This document shows positions 1-9,619 of a DNA stretch of 57,372 bases, piece after piece. The notes below the pieces were generated by a model. It had not been told where the DNA came from, searched no databases, and saw only the letters and a program-made list of their open reading frames with translations. The DNA comes from a virus. Its lineage: Duplodnaviria > Caudoviricetes. The DNA lies in IMG/VR virus record IMGVR_UViG_3300037483_000275, positions 1-57,372 of that record. One strand, 5' to 3'. Numbering within the stretch: the first letter of the stretch is position 1; the number at the start of each line of letters is the position of its first letter. The position numbers were made by a program, and so were the translations under genes.

Positions 1-110
1 GCTCAGTGAACCACCGATGCGGCTCCAGAAAGAGACGAAGGACGGGTTGGAGTGGGTGGAGAACAACCCGCTGGAGGATCTGTTCGACCAGCCCAACCCG
101 GACATGAGCT
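1..110. repeat. Terminal direct repeat (circular assembly overlap), copy 1
   Basis: 1-110 is identical to 57255-57364; the portal reading frame continues across the junction. Confidence 0.97.
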
Positions 111-1891
111 GGACCGACCTCATGGACTTGACGTCGCTCTACCTCGACGGGACGGGGCTCTGTCTCTGGCACAAAATCAAGGACCGAGGCGGGAGAACAC
201 GACGGCTCTACCCGTACCATGCGCTCGAGTTCACGGTGGAAGCGGATCGGGACCGCATCTTCGGACGCTTCCGGCTCAACACATCAACCGGACAAGAGAT
301 ACTGGGTCCGGACGACGTCTGTTTTTTCAACTTCTGGAATCCCGCCTGGCTCTACAACGGCATCGCTCCGCTCAGTGTGGCCCTGACCGCGATCAACATC
401 GACGCGGACATGCAGACCGCGATTCGGTCGCTGATGATGCGGTCGATCAAGCCGGGGGTGATCTTTTCCACTGAACAGAACCTAACAACCGATCAGTACG
501 AGCGATTACGGATCGACGGGGACGCTCGGTGGGCTGGAGTCCAAAACATCGGCAACTGGATGTTGCTTGAGGGCGCGTTGAAGCCGTCCTTCCTCGACGC
601 GAATTTGAAAAATCTGGATCTGGGTCCGATCCACAAGGACATGGAAATCGCCATCTGTCAGGCATTCGGGATTCACCCCTTAGTCCCAGGAACACGGATT
701 GGCCTGGAGTCGTCGGGTGGGTTCGCGGATTCGCTCGGTCCTGCCGTCGAGATGTTATATGACCAGGCCATCCACCCGACGTGGAGACGTATCGCAACGG
801 TCGTCACCAATTCCCTGGTGCGTCCGGTGATCGAGGACCCGATGATTCGCGCGGCCTTTGTCCTCGATGACATCAAGGCGCTCCAGGACGACATGAAAGA
901 CCGCGCCGATGAAGCCGCCGCCGCTGGGAAGTTCTGGACCGTGAATGAGGGCCGCATCCACACCGAACAAGAGCCCTTCCCGCCGGGGGATCCCCGGGGG
1001 GAAATGCTTATCGATGGTGGAGGACAACCAGTTGAGGATGAAGACGACAATGAGCCGGAGGCGGGATCGGGAACCCCGGAGCCCGAGCCGGAAGATGAGG
1101 GCAAGGCGGTTGTGGGTCGGAGAGAGACGGCGCGACTGGCCGATAAAGCGCAACGCGAAGCCCAGGAGTTCGCGGTGGGGCTGGCCGTCCGCTCCCAGCT
1201 CGCCAAAGATGAACGCGCGGTCGAATTGGCGTTCCGGGATGAGTTCAAGGCTGATGATCCGATTGGGCTATCCAAGGCACAGGAAATCCTTCGCCGTATC
1301 GAGGAGGCCCTGACGATTCGGGTTCCCTCGTGGATCCAGGCGCTGGAACCTATCATCGGCAAAGTCGCGGAGTCCGGAGCAGAGAACGCCGTCCGGCTCT
1401 CAGGGATCGCCCGTGTGGTGCAACCCGGCATCGAGCGGTGGGCTCGAAACCGCACGGCCGAGGCTGTGACGCATATCACTGATACGACCCGGGAGACAAT
1501 CCGGGAGAAGATCGGCGCGGGTCTGTTAGCTGGAAAGCCGATCCGCATCATCAAGAAAGACATCCAAGACGCCGGGACATTCTCGAAGGAACGGGCCGGC
1601 ACGATCGCGATTACCGAAGTGACCCGCGCCCGCAATGGTGCCGCCCTGGAAACGATGAAGGCGCAGGCCGAGCGGTTAGGCGTGCCGGTGACCAAGGAAT
1701 GGCTCAACTCTCACGATACCAAAGTCCGGGAGACACACCGGGACCAGCCCACTGGAGTTGGCAGGGAACGTGTGTTACTGGACCAGATGTTCGGGAACGG
1801 CCTCCAGTTTCCAGGTGATGGGAATGGCCCGGCGTCCGAGTCCGTGAACTGCCGGTGTGCCGTGCTCTTTCATGTAGGGGAAACACCATGA
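1..1891 (+). CDS. HK97-family portal protein fused to C-terminal MuF/SPP1 gp7-like head morphogenesis domain (C-terminal part)
   Basis: Portal motifs (LFDQPNPDMS, GIAPLS, ICQAFGIHP, TVNEGR), acidic linker, then RAGTIAITE...KEWLNSHDTKVRETH...NCRC MuF motifs. Confidence 0.9.
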   Translation, partial: LSEPPMRLQKETKDGLEWVENNPLEDLFDQPNPDMSWTDLMDLTSLYLDGTGLCLWHKIKDRGGRTRRLYPYHALEFTVEADRDRIFGRFRLNTSTGQEILGPDDVCFFNFWNPAWLYNGIAPLSVALTAINIDADMQTAIRSLMMRSIKPGVIFSTEQNLTTDQYERLRIDGDARWAGVQNIGNWMLLEGALKPSFLDANLKNLDLGPIHKDMEIAICQAFGIHPLVPGTRIGLESSGGFADSLGPAVEMLYDQAIHPTWRRIATVVTNSLVRPVIEDPMIRAAFVLDDIKALQDDMKDRADEAAAAGKFWTVNEGRIHTEQEPFPPGDPRGEMLIDGGGQPVEDEDDNEPEAGSGTPEPEPEDEGKAVVGRRETARLADKAQREAQEFAVGLAVRSQLAKDERAVELAFRDEFKADDPIGLSKAQEILRRIEEALTIRVPSWIQALEPIIGKVAESGAENAVRLSGIARVVQPGIERWARNRTAEAVTHITDTTRETIREKIGAGLLAGKPIRIIKKDIQDAGTFSKERAGTIAITEVTRARNGAALETMKAQAERLGVPVTKEWLNSHDTKVRETHRDQPTGVGRERVLLDQMFGNGLQFPGDGNGPASESVNCRCAVLFHVGETP

Positions 1892-2640
1892 CCGTTACAA
1901 CGATGGTGAAGTCCTTTGCCCCTGTTCCATTCGAGACGAAGACAACGGACGATGCCACGCGAAGGATTACGGGCTTGGCGGCAGCGTGGTCCGTGGATCT
2001 CGGGGACGATGTGATTCACAAGGGAGCCTTTGCCAAAACTCTTGAACTGTGGACTCGCAAGAGGCGAACGATTCCCCTTGTGGACGGTCACCAGAGTTTC
2101 GGGTCTGTCATGAACGTCGTTGGCAAAATGGAGGGGGCCGCCGAGACGAACGACGGTCTGGAGGCCGAGTTCTCTCTATTGATCGATGATCCGCAAGCCG
2201 ATGCCGCCTACAAGCGCGCCAAGGCCGGAATGATTACCGGGCTCTCTATCGGTTACACCCCGGTGCGTTTTGACTTCAAGGATGAGGGTGAGAAGCGTAT
2301 CCGCCACCTGAAGGAAATCATACTGCACGAGGTCAGTCTGGTGGTATTTCCGATGAATCCTGACGCGCAGATCATGCGTGTCAAGCACGACTTTGGTCAG
2401 CTCCTGGCTGCGCTGACTGATGAACAGAAGTCCGAGCTGCGCGCTCTATTGGGTCCCGCGTCGCCTGACCCGGATCCAGTCTCACCGCCCTCGGTGCAGT
2501 ACGCCACCCCTGCCCAGATAGCCAAACTCAAAGCTGTCCTGGGTCAACTGAGATTTGAGACCGCGCCCTTGGCCCGTCTCGCTACCAATGGAGAAACGGA
2601 CCATGAGCACGAATACAGCGGGGATCGACGCCAAACGTAA
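1888..2640 (+). CDS. HK97-family prohead protease
   Basis: DLGDDVIHKGAF, LVDGH, GLSIGY, LHEVSLVVFPMNPDA motifs; ATGA overlap with portal stop. Confidence 0.93.
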   Translation: MTVTTMVKSFAPVPFETKTTDDATRRITGLAAAWSVDLGDDVIHKGAFAKTLELWTRKRRTIPLVDGHQSFGSVMNVVGKMEGAAETNDGLEAEFSLLIDDPQADAAYKRAKAGMITGLSIGYTPVRFDFKDEGEKRIRHLKEIILHEVSLVVFPMNPDAQIMRVKHDFGQLLAALTDEQKSELRALLGPASPDPDPVSPPSVQYATPAQIAKLKAVLGQLRFETAPLARLATNGETDHEHEYSGDRRQT

Positions 2641-3913
2641 GGAACATGCCGCGCTGTTGGCGGAACTGGAGGCGTACAACTCGAAGGACAACCTGAAGGA
2701 CGACGAGACTGTCCTGGCCAACAAAAAGGCCGAGGTCTGTCTCAAGCTGCAAGAAGAGATCGATGCGTGGGAGGTACGCGAGCGCATCCTCGCCAAAGGG
2801 CGGGAACTGGGCAAAGACTTACCCCTGCCCACGGGGAAGGTGCAGGAAGAGGACGAGAACCAGAAGACGCAGGACATCGCTGGGTTCATGACGCCGGGCG
2901 ACTACTTCGTCACGTCCCGTGAGTTCAAGAGCTTCCAAGCGGGGTTGGTCCGGGAAACCAACCCGTTCGGGATGCCCAAGCTATACCAGAGCAAGTCAGG
3001 CGGGTATCTCGTCCCGATCACCAAGGCCGAGCGGCACGCCTTCCAGTCCAAGGCATCGGACCTGACGCTCAATGCGGGTGTGATCGATCCCATGCGGCTC
3101 CCGGAGATTGTCCGGGCCACGGAATTCGACCAGCTCACCCTGCTCAGCGTCGTCAACACCAGCCCCACATCATCGCCGTCCATCACGTATCGCCGGGTGA
3201 ATCCCTTCGTCCGGGGCGCGGCTCCCGTGGCGCCGTCTGACCCGAAGCCCGACGCCACCGCGACGGTGGAACTCATCACTTGGAACGTGTTCACGCATGC
3301 GGTCACTCTAGTCGTGACCGAGCAGCAACTGGCGGATGCGTCCCAGGTCGTGAACGAGATCAACACCCACCTGCTCTATGACCTCGACAAGCTCACTGAA
3401 GAGCAGATGACCTATGGACCGGGTGGCGGCCAAAACCACACCGGATTTTTTGTGGACACGGGGATTACCGAAGCCCGCACGGTGTCCGGTGACACCCTCA
3501 TGGACAAGATCCGCCGGGCCATCACCGACATTCGCCGGAATGGCTATTCCCCGAACGTGGTCTACATGGATTCGCTGGACTGGGAAGCGATCGAACTCCA
3601 GAAAGTTGCCGCCTCGGATAACCGGTACGTCTGGGCCATCGTGCGCGACGTGCTGGGTGCCCGTATCTGGTCGCTTCGGGTGGTCGAAGGAAAGTCAGCC
3701 GAGAACAGCCTGACCGGCGAGCGCAACGTGCTGGTTGGGGACTTCAACCGCGGCGCGACTCGCTGGGTCCGTGAGGCGGTCGCGCTGGCGATGGGTTGGG
3801 TCAACGATCAGTTCCTCCGGAATGAGCGGACGATCCGAGCTGAGGGACGGGATGCGTTCGGCATCACCCGCCCGGGTGCCTTCAAGAAGATTCAGACCGA
3901 GGCCGGCAGCTAA
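2603..3913 (+). CDS. HK97-fold major capsid protein with N-terminal coiled-coil (delta) domain
   Basis: GGAG upstream of ATG 2603; GGYLVP, LVGDF, DQFLRNERTIRAEGR...RPGAF motifs; position after the protease. Confidence 0.93.
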   Translation: MSTNTAGIDAKRKEHAALLAELEAYNSKDNLKDDETVLANKKAEVCLKLQEEIDAWEVRERILAKGRELGKDLPLPTGKVQEEDENQKTQDIAGFMTPGDYFVTSREFKSFQAGLVRETNPFGMPKLYQSKSGGYLVPITKAERHAFQSKASDLTLNAGVIDPMRLPEIVRATEFDQLTLLSVVNTSPTSSPSITYRRVNPFVRGAAPVAPSDPKPDATATVELITWNVFTHAVTLVVTEQQLADASQVVNEINTHLLYDLDKLTEEQMTYGPGGGQNHTGFFVDTGITEARTVSGDTLMDKIRRAITDIRRNGYSPNVVYMDSLDWEAIELQKVAASDNRYVWAIVRDVLGARIWSLRVVEGKSAENSLTGERNVLVGDFNRGATRWVREAVALAMGWVNDQFLRNERTIRAEGRDAFGITRPGAFKKIQTEAGS

Positions 3914-3923
3914 TGCGGCTTCA

Positions 3924-3982
3924 CCGGGAAAGCACCGAGTGCCTGTGCTTTGGATTGGGCGGGGTTCGACTCCCCGCCCCGG
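3924..3982 (+). ncRNA. tRNA-like element (T-arm plus short acceptor-like stem, no D-arm)
   Basis: CCGGG/CCCGG outer stem, AAAGCAC/GTGCTTT hairpin, GGATTG linker, GCGGGG-TTCGACT-CCCCGC T-arm. Confidence 0.5.
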
Positions 3983-3986
3983 GTTT

Positions 3987-5819
3987 ATGAACCGTCTCGC
4001 ACGGGTCAAGGCACTGAAGGCGCATCGCCACAGCGGTGTGACCTACGGGCCGGGGGCGGAATACACCATCCCCCGGCACAAACTGGTGGCTTATGCCGGC
4101 CGGGGCTGGGTGCGGCTCGTGGAATCGTCGCTCTCGTGGCATGATCTTCCGGGCCGGGAACTGCGGATCACCCCGACGGGTGTTCACCCCCCGCCGGTCG
4201 TCGCCTGCTGCTGCATCTGGGACCATGCCAACGCCTTCGCCGTGGCCTTGCCCACCTGGCTTCCGGGTATCGATGCGCTGGTCGTAGCCGACGGGCCCTA
4301 TCGGGACACCGGACATCGAGGGCCGTCCTCAGATCATCTCCGGGACGTGTTGGCAAAGTGTCCCGTCCCAGTCCATGAGGTCCCATGGGATAAGGTCTGC
4401 TGGTCCGACCAGCCGACGAAGCGTACCGCGCTACTCAAGGAAGCGTCGCGGCTCTATCCCAACGCGACATTGGTCATCCTAGACGCGGACGAGCTGCTGA
4501 GCCACGCGCAAGTGCTTCGGGAGTTTGGTGCCGACGTGGGTTGGGTCCAGGTCACCAGTCCGCTGTATAACCGGCCAGCCGATCAGCCCCGTCTCTTCCG
4601 GGCACACCCGGAATTGCACTACGACCAGCGGCACCATTGGCTCTATCGTGGTGACCAATTCCTGGCCTCGCATCAGTACGGCGGAACCGGCGTGCTGCAT
4701 CAGTTGGTGCCGGTGCATCTGCATAACGAGCGGAATATGGGGCTCTCCCAGTCCCGGCTTCAGGCCAAACATCGCTATTCCGCCTCACGGTCATTGCGGG
4801 AATCGGGTGCCCGCGTCTCTCCACAGACCGCCAAAAGCGACCAGTCACTCACGGGCCGGGAGACGCTGCGGATTCTCCAGGTTGCCAATTACGACGTGGG
4901 CTTGGTGATCTATCGGCTCCATACCGCGATCAACTGCACCACACCCCATGCCTCGGTATTCGGGGTGCAGCGGAGCATGAACCCGTTTCACGTCCCGAGC
5001 CAGTATCAGACTGACAACCGGGACGGGCGGGTCAAGCTCCAAGAACTCGCGCGTGATGCGGACGTGGTGCATTGCCACTTGAACTATTTCCCAATCCAGC
5101 AACTCCGTCTCCCTGGTGGGAAACCGATTGTGATCCATCACCACGGGACGATGTTCCGTCGCAGTCCGTCTACCTGGGCCAGTCGGGACCGTCAAGCAGC
5201 CTTACGGCTGGTGAGCAACTTGGAATTGCTCCAGTACGGCACTGACCTGCACTGGCTCCCGAACCCCATGCCAGTCGCGGAGTACCGGAGACTCCGGAAA
5301 GGCTATGTCCCGGGTCCCGTGTTCCGGCTGGGCCACTCCCCGTCACGGCGACTGCGGAAGGCGACGGACGTACTGATTGCAGTCGTCAAGGAACTCCAGA
5401 AACAGGGATTGAAGATCGAACTGGTACTGATGGAAGGAATGCGGCACGAACAGGTCATCCGCACCAAGGCCACCTGTGATGCGCTCTTCGATTCTTTCTC
5501 GCTCGGGATCCAGTGTTCCGGGCTCGAAGCCGCGGCGATGGAGATGCCGGTGATCGCCGGCGACTCGCATGTCGCGAAGGAATACCGGGAACGGTTGGGA
5601 GCGGTGCCGTACACCTACGCCAATGAGGCAAACGAACTCAAAGACGTGATAGAACGACTGGTGACAGACCAGGACTACAGGCAAGCGGAAGCTGCGCGCG
5701 TCTCCACCTACTGCGTGACATTTCACGATGAGGCGGCTGTCGCTCTCCGCTACCTGGACCTCCTGGACAACGCGATCAGCTGGCGCAGTGGCCATAAAAT
5801 GGGACGGGTGCCGGCATGA
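3987..5819 (+). CDS. Two-domain glycosyltransferase (GT-A-like N-half, GT-B/GT4-like C-half) with a short N-terminal domain
   Basis: LVVADG and VILDADE (DxD) motifs; ADVVHCH, IVIHHHG and GLEAAAMEMPVI GT4-type motifs; ATG 3987 preferred to avoid overlapping the capsid gene. Confidence 0.8.
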   Translation: MNRLARVKALKAHRHSGVTYGPGAEYTIPRHKLVAYAGRGWVRLVESSLSWHDLPGRELRITPTGVHPPPVVACCCIWDHANAFAVALPTWLPGIDALVVADGPYRDTGHRGPSSDHLRDVLAKCPVPVHEVPWDKVCWSDQPTKRTALLKEASRLYPNATLVILDADELLSHAQVLREFGADVGWVQVTSPLYNRPADQPRLFRAHPELHYDQRHHWLYRGDQFLASHQYGGTGVLHQLVPVHLHNERNMGLSQSRLQAKHRYSASRSLRESGARVSPQTAKSDQSLTGRETLRILQVANYDVGLVIYRLHTAINCTTPHASVFGVQRSMNPFHVPSQYQTDNRDGRVKLQELARDADVVHCHLNYFPIQQLRLPGGKPIVIHHHGTMFRRSPSTWASRDRQAALRLVSNLELLQYGTDLHWLPNPMPVAEYRRLRKGYVPGPVFRLGHSPSRRLRKATDVLIAVVKELQKQGLKIELVLMEGMRHEQVIRTKATCDALFDSFSLGIQCSGLEAAAMEMPVIAGDSHVAKEYRERLGAVPYTYANEANELKDVIERLVTDQDYRQAEAARVSTYCVTFHDEAAVALRYLDLLDNAISWRSGHKMGRVPA

Positions 5820-6379
5820 GCGGGATGACAGCCGCTCGGCTCTCGGCAATTCGCGCCCGGCATCCCGGGGTGAAACACATCCGGGTGTTTGCGGAAACGG
5901 GGACCTATCTCGGCCAACGCGCTTCACTGGCGAAAGGACAATTCGACCGTGTCTACACCGTAGAACTTTCCGCCACGCTCTATGAGAACGCGAAACGGGC
6001 GCATGCGGAACGGGGCATCGTCTTCGAGCAGGGGGATAGCCGGAACGTGGTACGGCGATGGGCCCTTGAATTACTGGAACCCGTAGTCTGGTATCTCGAC
6101 GCCCACTGGTTCAACGGTAATAAAGCGGGACTGGTGTCAGAACGGGCGAAGGCGGGACAAGTGGCCGGTCAGGGTGAAGGGCTGCCGCTCTGGGAGGAGT
6201 TGGACGCGATTGCGGCTCGCCCGTATCGGGATGTGATTGTGGTGGACGACGTGCGGGACTTCGGGACCGAGCAACCGACGCCGGAATGGAAAGACGTCTC
6301 GCTCTCGAAGATAGCTTCCTTCTTTCCAGGACACCGGGAAGCGGTGGTCCTGCATGACCAAGCGGTCGTGTACCGATGA
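5816..6379 (+). CDS. Class I SAM-dependent methyltransferase-like protein
   Basis: VFAETGTYLG motif I, YTVELS, QGDS, WYLDAH, IVVDDVR. Confidence 0.7.
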   Translation: MSGMTAARLSAIRARHPGVKHIRVFAETGTYLGQRASLAKGQFDRVYTVELSATLYENAKRAHAERGIVFEQGDSRNVVRRWALELLEPVVWYLDAHWFNGNKAGLVSERAKAGQVAGQGEGLPLWEELDAIAARPYRDVIVVDDVRDFGTEQPTPEWKDVSLSKIASFFPGHREAVVLHDQAVVYR

Positions 6380-7113
6380 TCGTCTCCGTCCTCGTGCCCA
6401 CGTACAACCGGCCCGCATTTCTGGCGGAATGCCTGGCTTCCTTGGCGAAGCAGACGCTTCGGCGGGACGCATACGAAGTCCTGGTCCTAAATGATGGCGG
6501 GGACCCGGTACTGGAGGTGGCGCGGAACGCCGGTTTGCGGCAGTGGCAGTATCGGGACTTGCCTCACAAGGGCCAAAGCGGAGCATGTAACGCGGGACTG
6601 GCTTTAGCGCAGGGTGAGTACCTGACGGTGGCCCATGATGACGACTTGGTGCTGCCTGACAAACTCCTAACGCTGTCAGCGTCGATGCGGGACCGCGACG
6701 TGGTGTATGGCTTGCCCCAGTACACCGACATTCGCGGCATACCAACCTACATCCCGCCCCTACTCCGACCGTTTCAGGAGAAATATCCGGTCCTGACCTG
6801 GCAGGACATCGAAGCCGGGTCGGGACTCTGGGTCCATGGGACGGCCACGATGTATCGGACCTCGGTACTCAAGGACATCGGCGGATGGGATGAAGAGTTA
6901 CCCACGGCGGAAGAGTATGACCTGCACCTCCGGTTGCTCTACGCGGGCCATGCGTTTCATGCGGTGCCCCGCGAAGTCGTGACCTACCGAGCGGGTGGGA
7001 AGTCCAGGACGCCGGCCGTGCGAGCGCAACGGGCCGACGCCTTCACTCGGATTTACGCCAAGTTCGGGACCGATCGCGTGGCCTATAACGCAAAACTGAC
7101 GGAGGTCCAGTGA
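6376..7113 (+). CDS. Family 2 glycosyltransferase
   Basis: VSVLVPTYNR, VLNDGG, NAGLALAQGEYL..HDDD, GGWDE...EEYDLHLR. Confidence 0.92.
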   Translation: MIVSVLVPTYNRPAFLAECLASLAKQTLRRDAYEVLVLNDGGDPVLEVARNAGLRQWQYRDLPHKGQSGACNAGLALAQGEYLTVAHDDDLVLPDKLLTLSASMRDRDVVYGLPQYTDIRGIPTYIPPLLRPFQEKYPVLTWQDIEAGSGLWVHGTATMYRTSVLKDIGGWDEELPTAEEYDLHLRLLYAGHAFHAVPREVVTYRAGGKSRTPAVRAQRADAFTRIYAKFGTDRVAYNAKLTEVQ

Positions 7114-7697
7114 GTTTGCCCGTGTGGGCGGACCTGAGAGGCTACCAGCGCATCCCGTCTGATGTGGAGCAGGCGGTCTGCGAGGAGATTATCGCGGACG
7201 CCAAGGCGGGGATCGAGGCGTATGTCGGTTACCCCATCCTGGCCGTCACGCGGAGTTACGACCTAAAGCCGTCCTGTCATCCGGTCTACGGTAATCCCTT
7301 CGTCGTGCTGGTGACGCCGTCCTATCCGTTTCGGTTCACCGATGAGGCCGGGCACGGAGTAACGGACAATGAGGGGACCGCGCTGGACCTTGACGACCTC
7401 GACGTGTCTGGTCACATCGGGGTGATCCGCATGGCCGATGGCACGCGGTTTACCCAGCCCTGGTATCGGATCACGGCGTCTTTTGGATGGGACACCCATC
7501 CGGAGTATGCCGCCCGCATTGAGTCCCAATTCCGCCGGCTGATTCTGGAAACCGCGTCGGACTATTACCAGCGCCGGAACCCGAACCTCGCAACGCAATC
7601 CTCGGGTGGAGGGGTGAGCAACACCTACACCGTAACCGAGATCCCGGAACGGGTGAAGGTGATGGCCCGCGAAGTCAAACCCCCGAGGATGCGATGA
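7110..7697 (+). CDS. Head-tail connector (gp6-like adaptor)
   Basis: LRGYQRI...AGIEAYVG and LILETASDYYQRR motifs; synteny. Confidence 0.7.
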   Translation: MSLPVWADLRGYQRIPSDVEQAVCEEIIADAKAGIEAYVGYPILAVTRSYDLKPSCHPVYGNPFVVLVTPSYPFRFTDEAGHGVTDNEGTALDLDDLDVSGHIGVIRMADGTRFTQPWYRITASFGWDTHPEYAARIESQFRRLILETASDYYQRRNPNLATQSSGGGVSNTYTVTEIPERVKVMAREVKPPRMR

Positions 7698-8056
7698 GCG
7701 CGGGTCTCCGGGATCGTCAGTTGACGGTCTGCAACCCGGCGCCTGCCGCCCAGCAGGTCGTCAACGGCTTGCCCCAGCGGGTCTATCTCGCCACGCCTGC
7801 GACGTGGGGACGGATTGATCCACCCACCGGCCGGGAAGTGACAGCAGGGTTAGGCGCGGATCATCGGATCGATGGGGTGTGCTTGCTCCACCAGGACATG
7901 ACCGTCAGCCGCAATGGAGTGATTCGGGACGAGGACGGGGTGTACTGGGAAGTCCGCGCGGTGCAGACCCGGCGAGAGACAATGGAACAGCAGCTCTATC
8001 TGGAGCGGAGCGAGAAGCAGGCAGAGTACACCGTGATGGAAGTCGGTGAGTCGTGA
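7694..8056 (+). CDS. Head closure/head-tail joining protein (SPP1 gp16-like)
   Basis: MSAGLRDRQLT N-terminus, 120 aa, synteny. Confidence 0.7.
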   Translation: MSAGLRDRQLTVCNPAPAAQQVVNGLPQRVYLATPATWGRIDPPTGREVTAGLGADHRIDGVCLLHQDMTVSRNGVIRDEDGVYWEVRAVQTRRETMEQQLYLERSEKQAEYTVMEVGES

Positions 8057-8514
8057 GCTACATCTCGCACCGGCCTCAAGTGGGACAGTTGCTACGGCTC
8101 GCCAGTGAAGCGGGACTCCTCGCGGCCGCGAACCACTACCGAAACCGGATGGTCGAAGTTCTGCTACCCGGGTACACCTCGGGCGCGTTCTCGAATCGCC
8201 TGCAAGGCGTGGCCGGTTCTATCGCGGTGTCTCCTGTGACAGCAACCGGCGATGGGCTGGAAGTGCAGGTCGGGACCAACCAAGTGGGACCGAACGGCGC
8301 ACCCTATCCGGTCTTCTGGGAGCTCGGTCACCTCAACACGTTTACCCGGAAGTTTGAGCATCAACCCCGCTGGGAACCGACACTGATTGAAGAGATGGGA
8401 CCGATGCGGGAGCGGTTCATGGCCGCGTTCCGCGCCGTCGCGCAAGGGGCCTCTGGCTTTGCCCGGGTCGATCTCATCGCCGGGGCACGGCTCGATGTGG
8501 GGAGTGTGGGCTGA
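8053..8514 (+). CDS. HK97 gp10-like tail completion protein
   Basis: VQVGTN...YPVFWELG...PRWEP motif; synteny. Confidence 0.65.
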   Translation: MSYISHRPQVGQLLRLASEAGLLAAANHYRNRMVEVLLPGYTSGAFSNRLQGVAGSIAVSPVTATGDGLEVQVGTNQVGPNGAPYPVFWELGHLNTFTRKFEHQPRWEPTLIEEMGPMRERFMAAFRAVAQGASGFARVDLIAGARLDVGSVG

Positions 8515-9017
8515 TGCCGTCCGACTCGACCGAACTCCTGTACGACACCCTCCGGGACTGGCTGCTGGACTACGTCCCGGTCGAAGGCAACCCCTTGGCC
8601 GAACGGTTAGGCCCGTTGACAGGCCCCCGGCTCTACATCGTCCAAGCCCCGGACCAGCGGGAAGAGTCTGCTGGGGATCAGGGCTGGCCTTATGGGGTGA
8701 TGCGGCTGTCCGATTGGGGTGGGTTGCCGGGGGAACGAGGCTTGCGGCACCTGGTCATGCTGACACTCGATGTCTACGACTACCCCCGCCGCCAGTACTT
8801 CCGTGCGACAGGCATAGTCGATACCGCGCACCAAGCCTGCCTGCACTTTGTCGATGCGGACAGCTTCGGATTGTTGTTCGCCCGCGCCTCTGATATCCGG
8901 CGCATTGAAAGCCCGGTGCCGACGGCGCCGGTGATGGATCGGGAGCTCGTTCACCTCCGGCTCAACGTGCCATTCATCGTCTGGCCGGCCTATCTCACCA
9001 AAGCCAGCGTACCGTAA
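8514..9017 (+). CDS. Tail terminator-like protein
   Basis: RLYIVQAP...WPYGVM pattern; position immediately before the tail tube gene. Confidence 0.6.
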   Translation: MPSDSTELLYDTLRDWLLDYVPVEGNPLAERLGPLTGPRLYIVQAPDQREESAGDQGWPYGVMRLSDWGGLPGERGLRHLVMLTLDVYDYPRRQYFRATGIVDTAHQACLHFVDADSFGLLFARASDIRRIESPVPTAPVMDRELVHLRLNVPFIVWPAYLTKASVP

Positions 9018-9028
9018 GAGGAGGCTGT

Positions 9029-9619
9029 ATGGCACTCAGTGGGTATTACCCCGGATTCCCGAATGACATCGTGCTGGATCATGGCGCCTTGGCGATTGGC
9101 GACACGATCCTCGCGACATCCCGAGGCGGCTCACGGTTCACGCCCGGCACCCAGTACCGCCGCCCACCCTATGACGGCGAGCGGACGGAAGTCGAAGGCA
9201 TGCGCCGGATCGTCGGCTGGGAATCCATGTTCTCCGGGACCTGGTACTTCATCCCCAACCGGGTGCTGGATGCCATCGAGAACGGGCTGACCATCACCAC
9301 GCCCGGCGGCAACATCACCACGCTGTTCACGCCGGAAGACTGCAACCGGATGTTCCTGAGCACACAGTATCTCCTCAACACGCGGATCATCGGGAGCCGG
9401 ACCCAGGATACTGGCGACGTGGAGTACTTCCAGGTCCGCTTCCCCATGGCCGTGATCGATGGCGACTGGTCCATCGTCACGCTGGATAAAGACGAATGGA
9501 TGCTGGAAGGGGCGCAGTTCAAGGCCGTGCTCCCCTCAGCGGTGGCGGCGACGAACCCGAACGAGTGCCCCTATGTGTACGAGGTGCTGGTCGCGCACGG
9601 CATCATCCCGGAGAGCTGA
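9029..9619 (+). CDS. Major tail tube protein
   Basis: Strong GAGGAGG RBS; ILATSRGGSRF motif; synteny upstream of chaperone and tape measure genes. Confidence 0.7.
   Translation: MALSGYYPGFPNDIVLDHGALAIGDTILATSRGGSRFTPGTQYRRPPYDGERTEVEGMRRIVGWESMFSGTWYFIPNRVLDAIENGLTITTPGGNITTLFTPEDCNRMFLSTQYLLNTRIIGSRTQDTGDVEYFQVRFPMAVIDGDWSIVTLDKDEWMLEGAQFKAVLPSAVAATNPNECPYVYEVLVAHGIIPES

Noticed and set aside
673-1707. Long antisense ORFs (also 28104-29033, 33992-34834, 37159-38175)
   Set aside because: GC-rich antisense shadows of well-supported + strand genes
3735-3986. N-terminal extension of the glycosyltransferase ORF
   Set aside because: It overlaps the capsid gene and the tRNA-like element; ATG 3987 is more plausible
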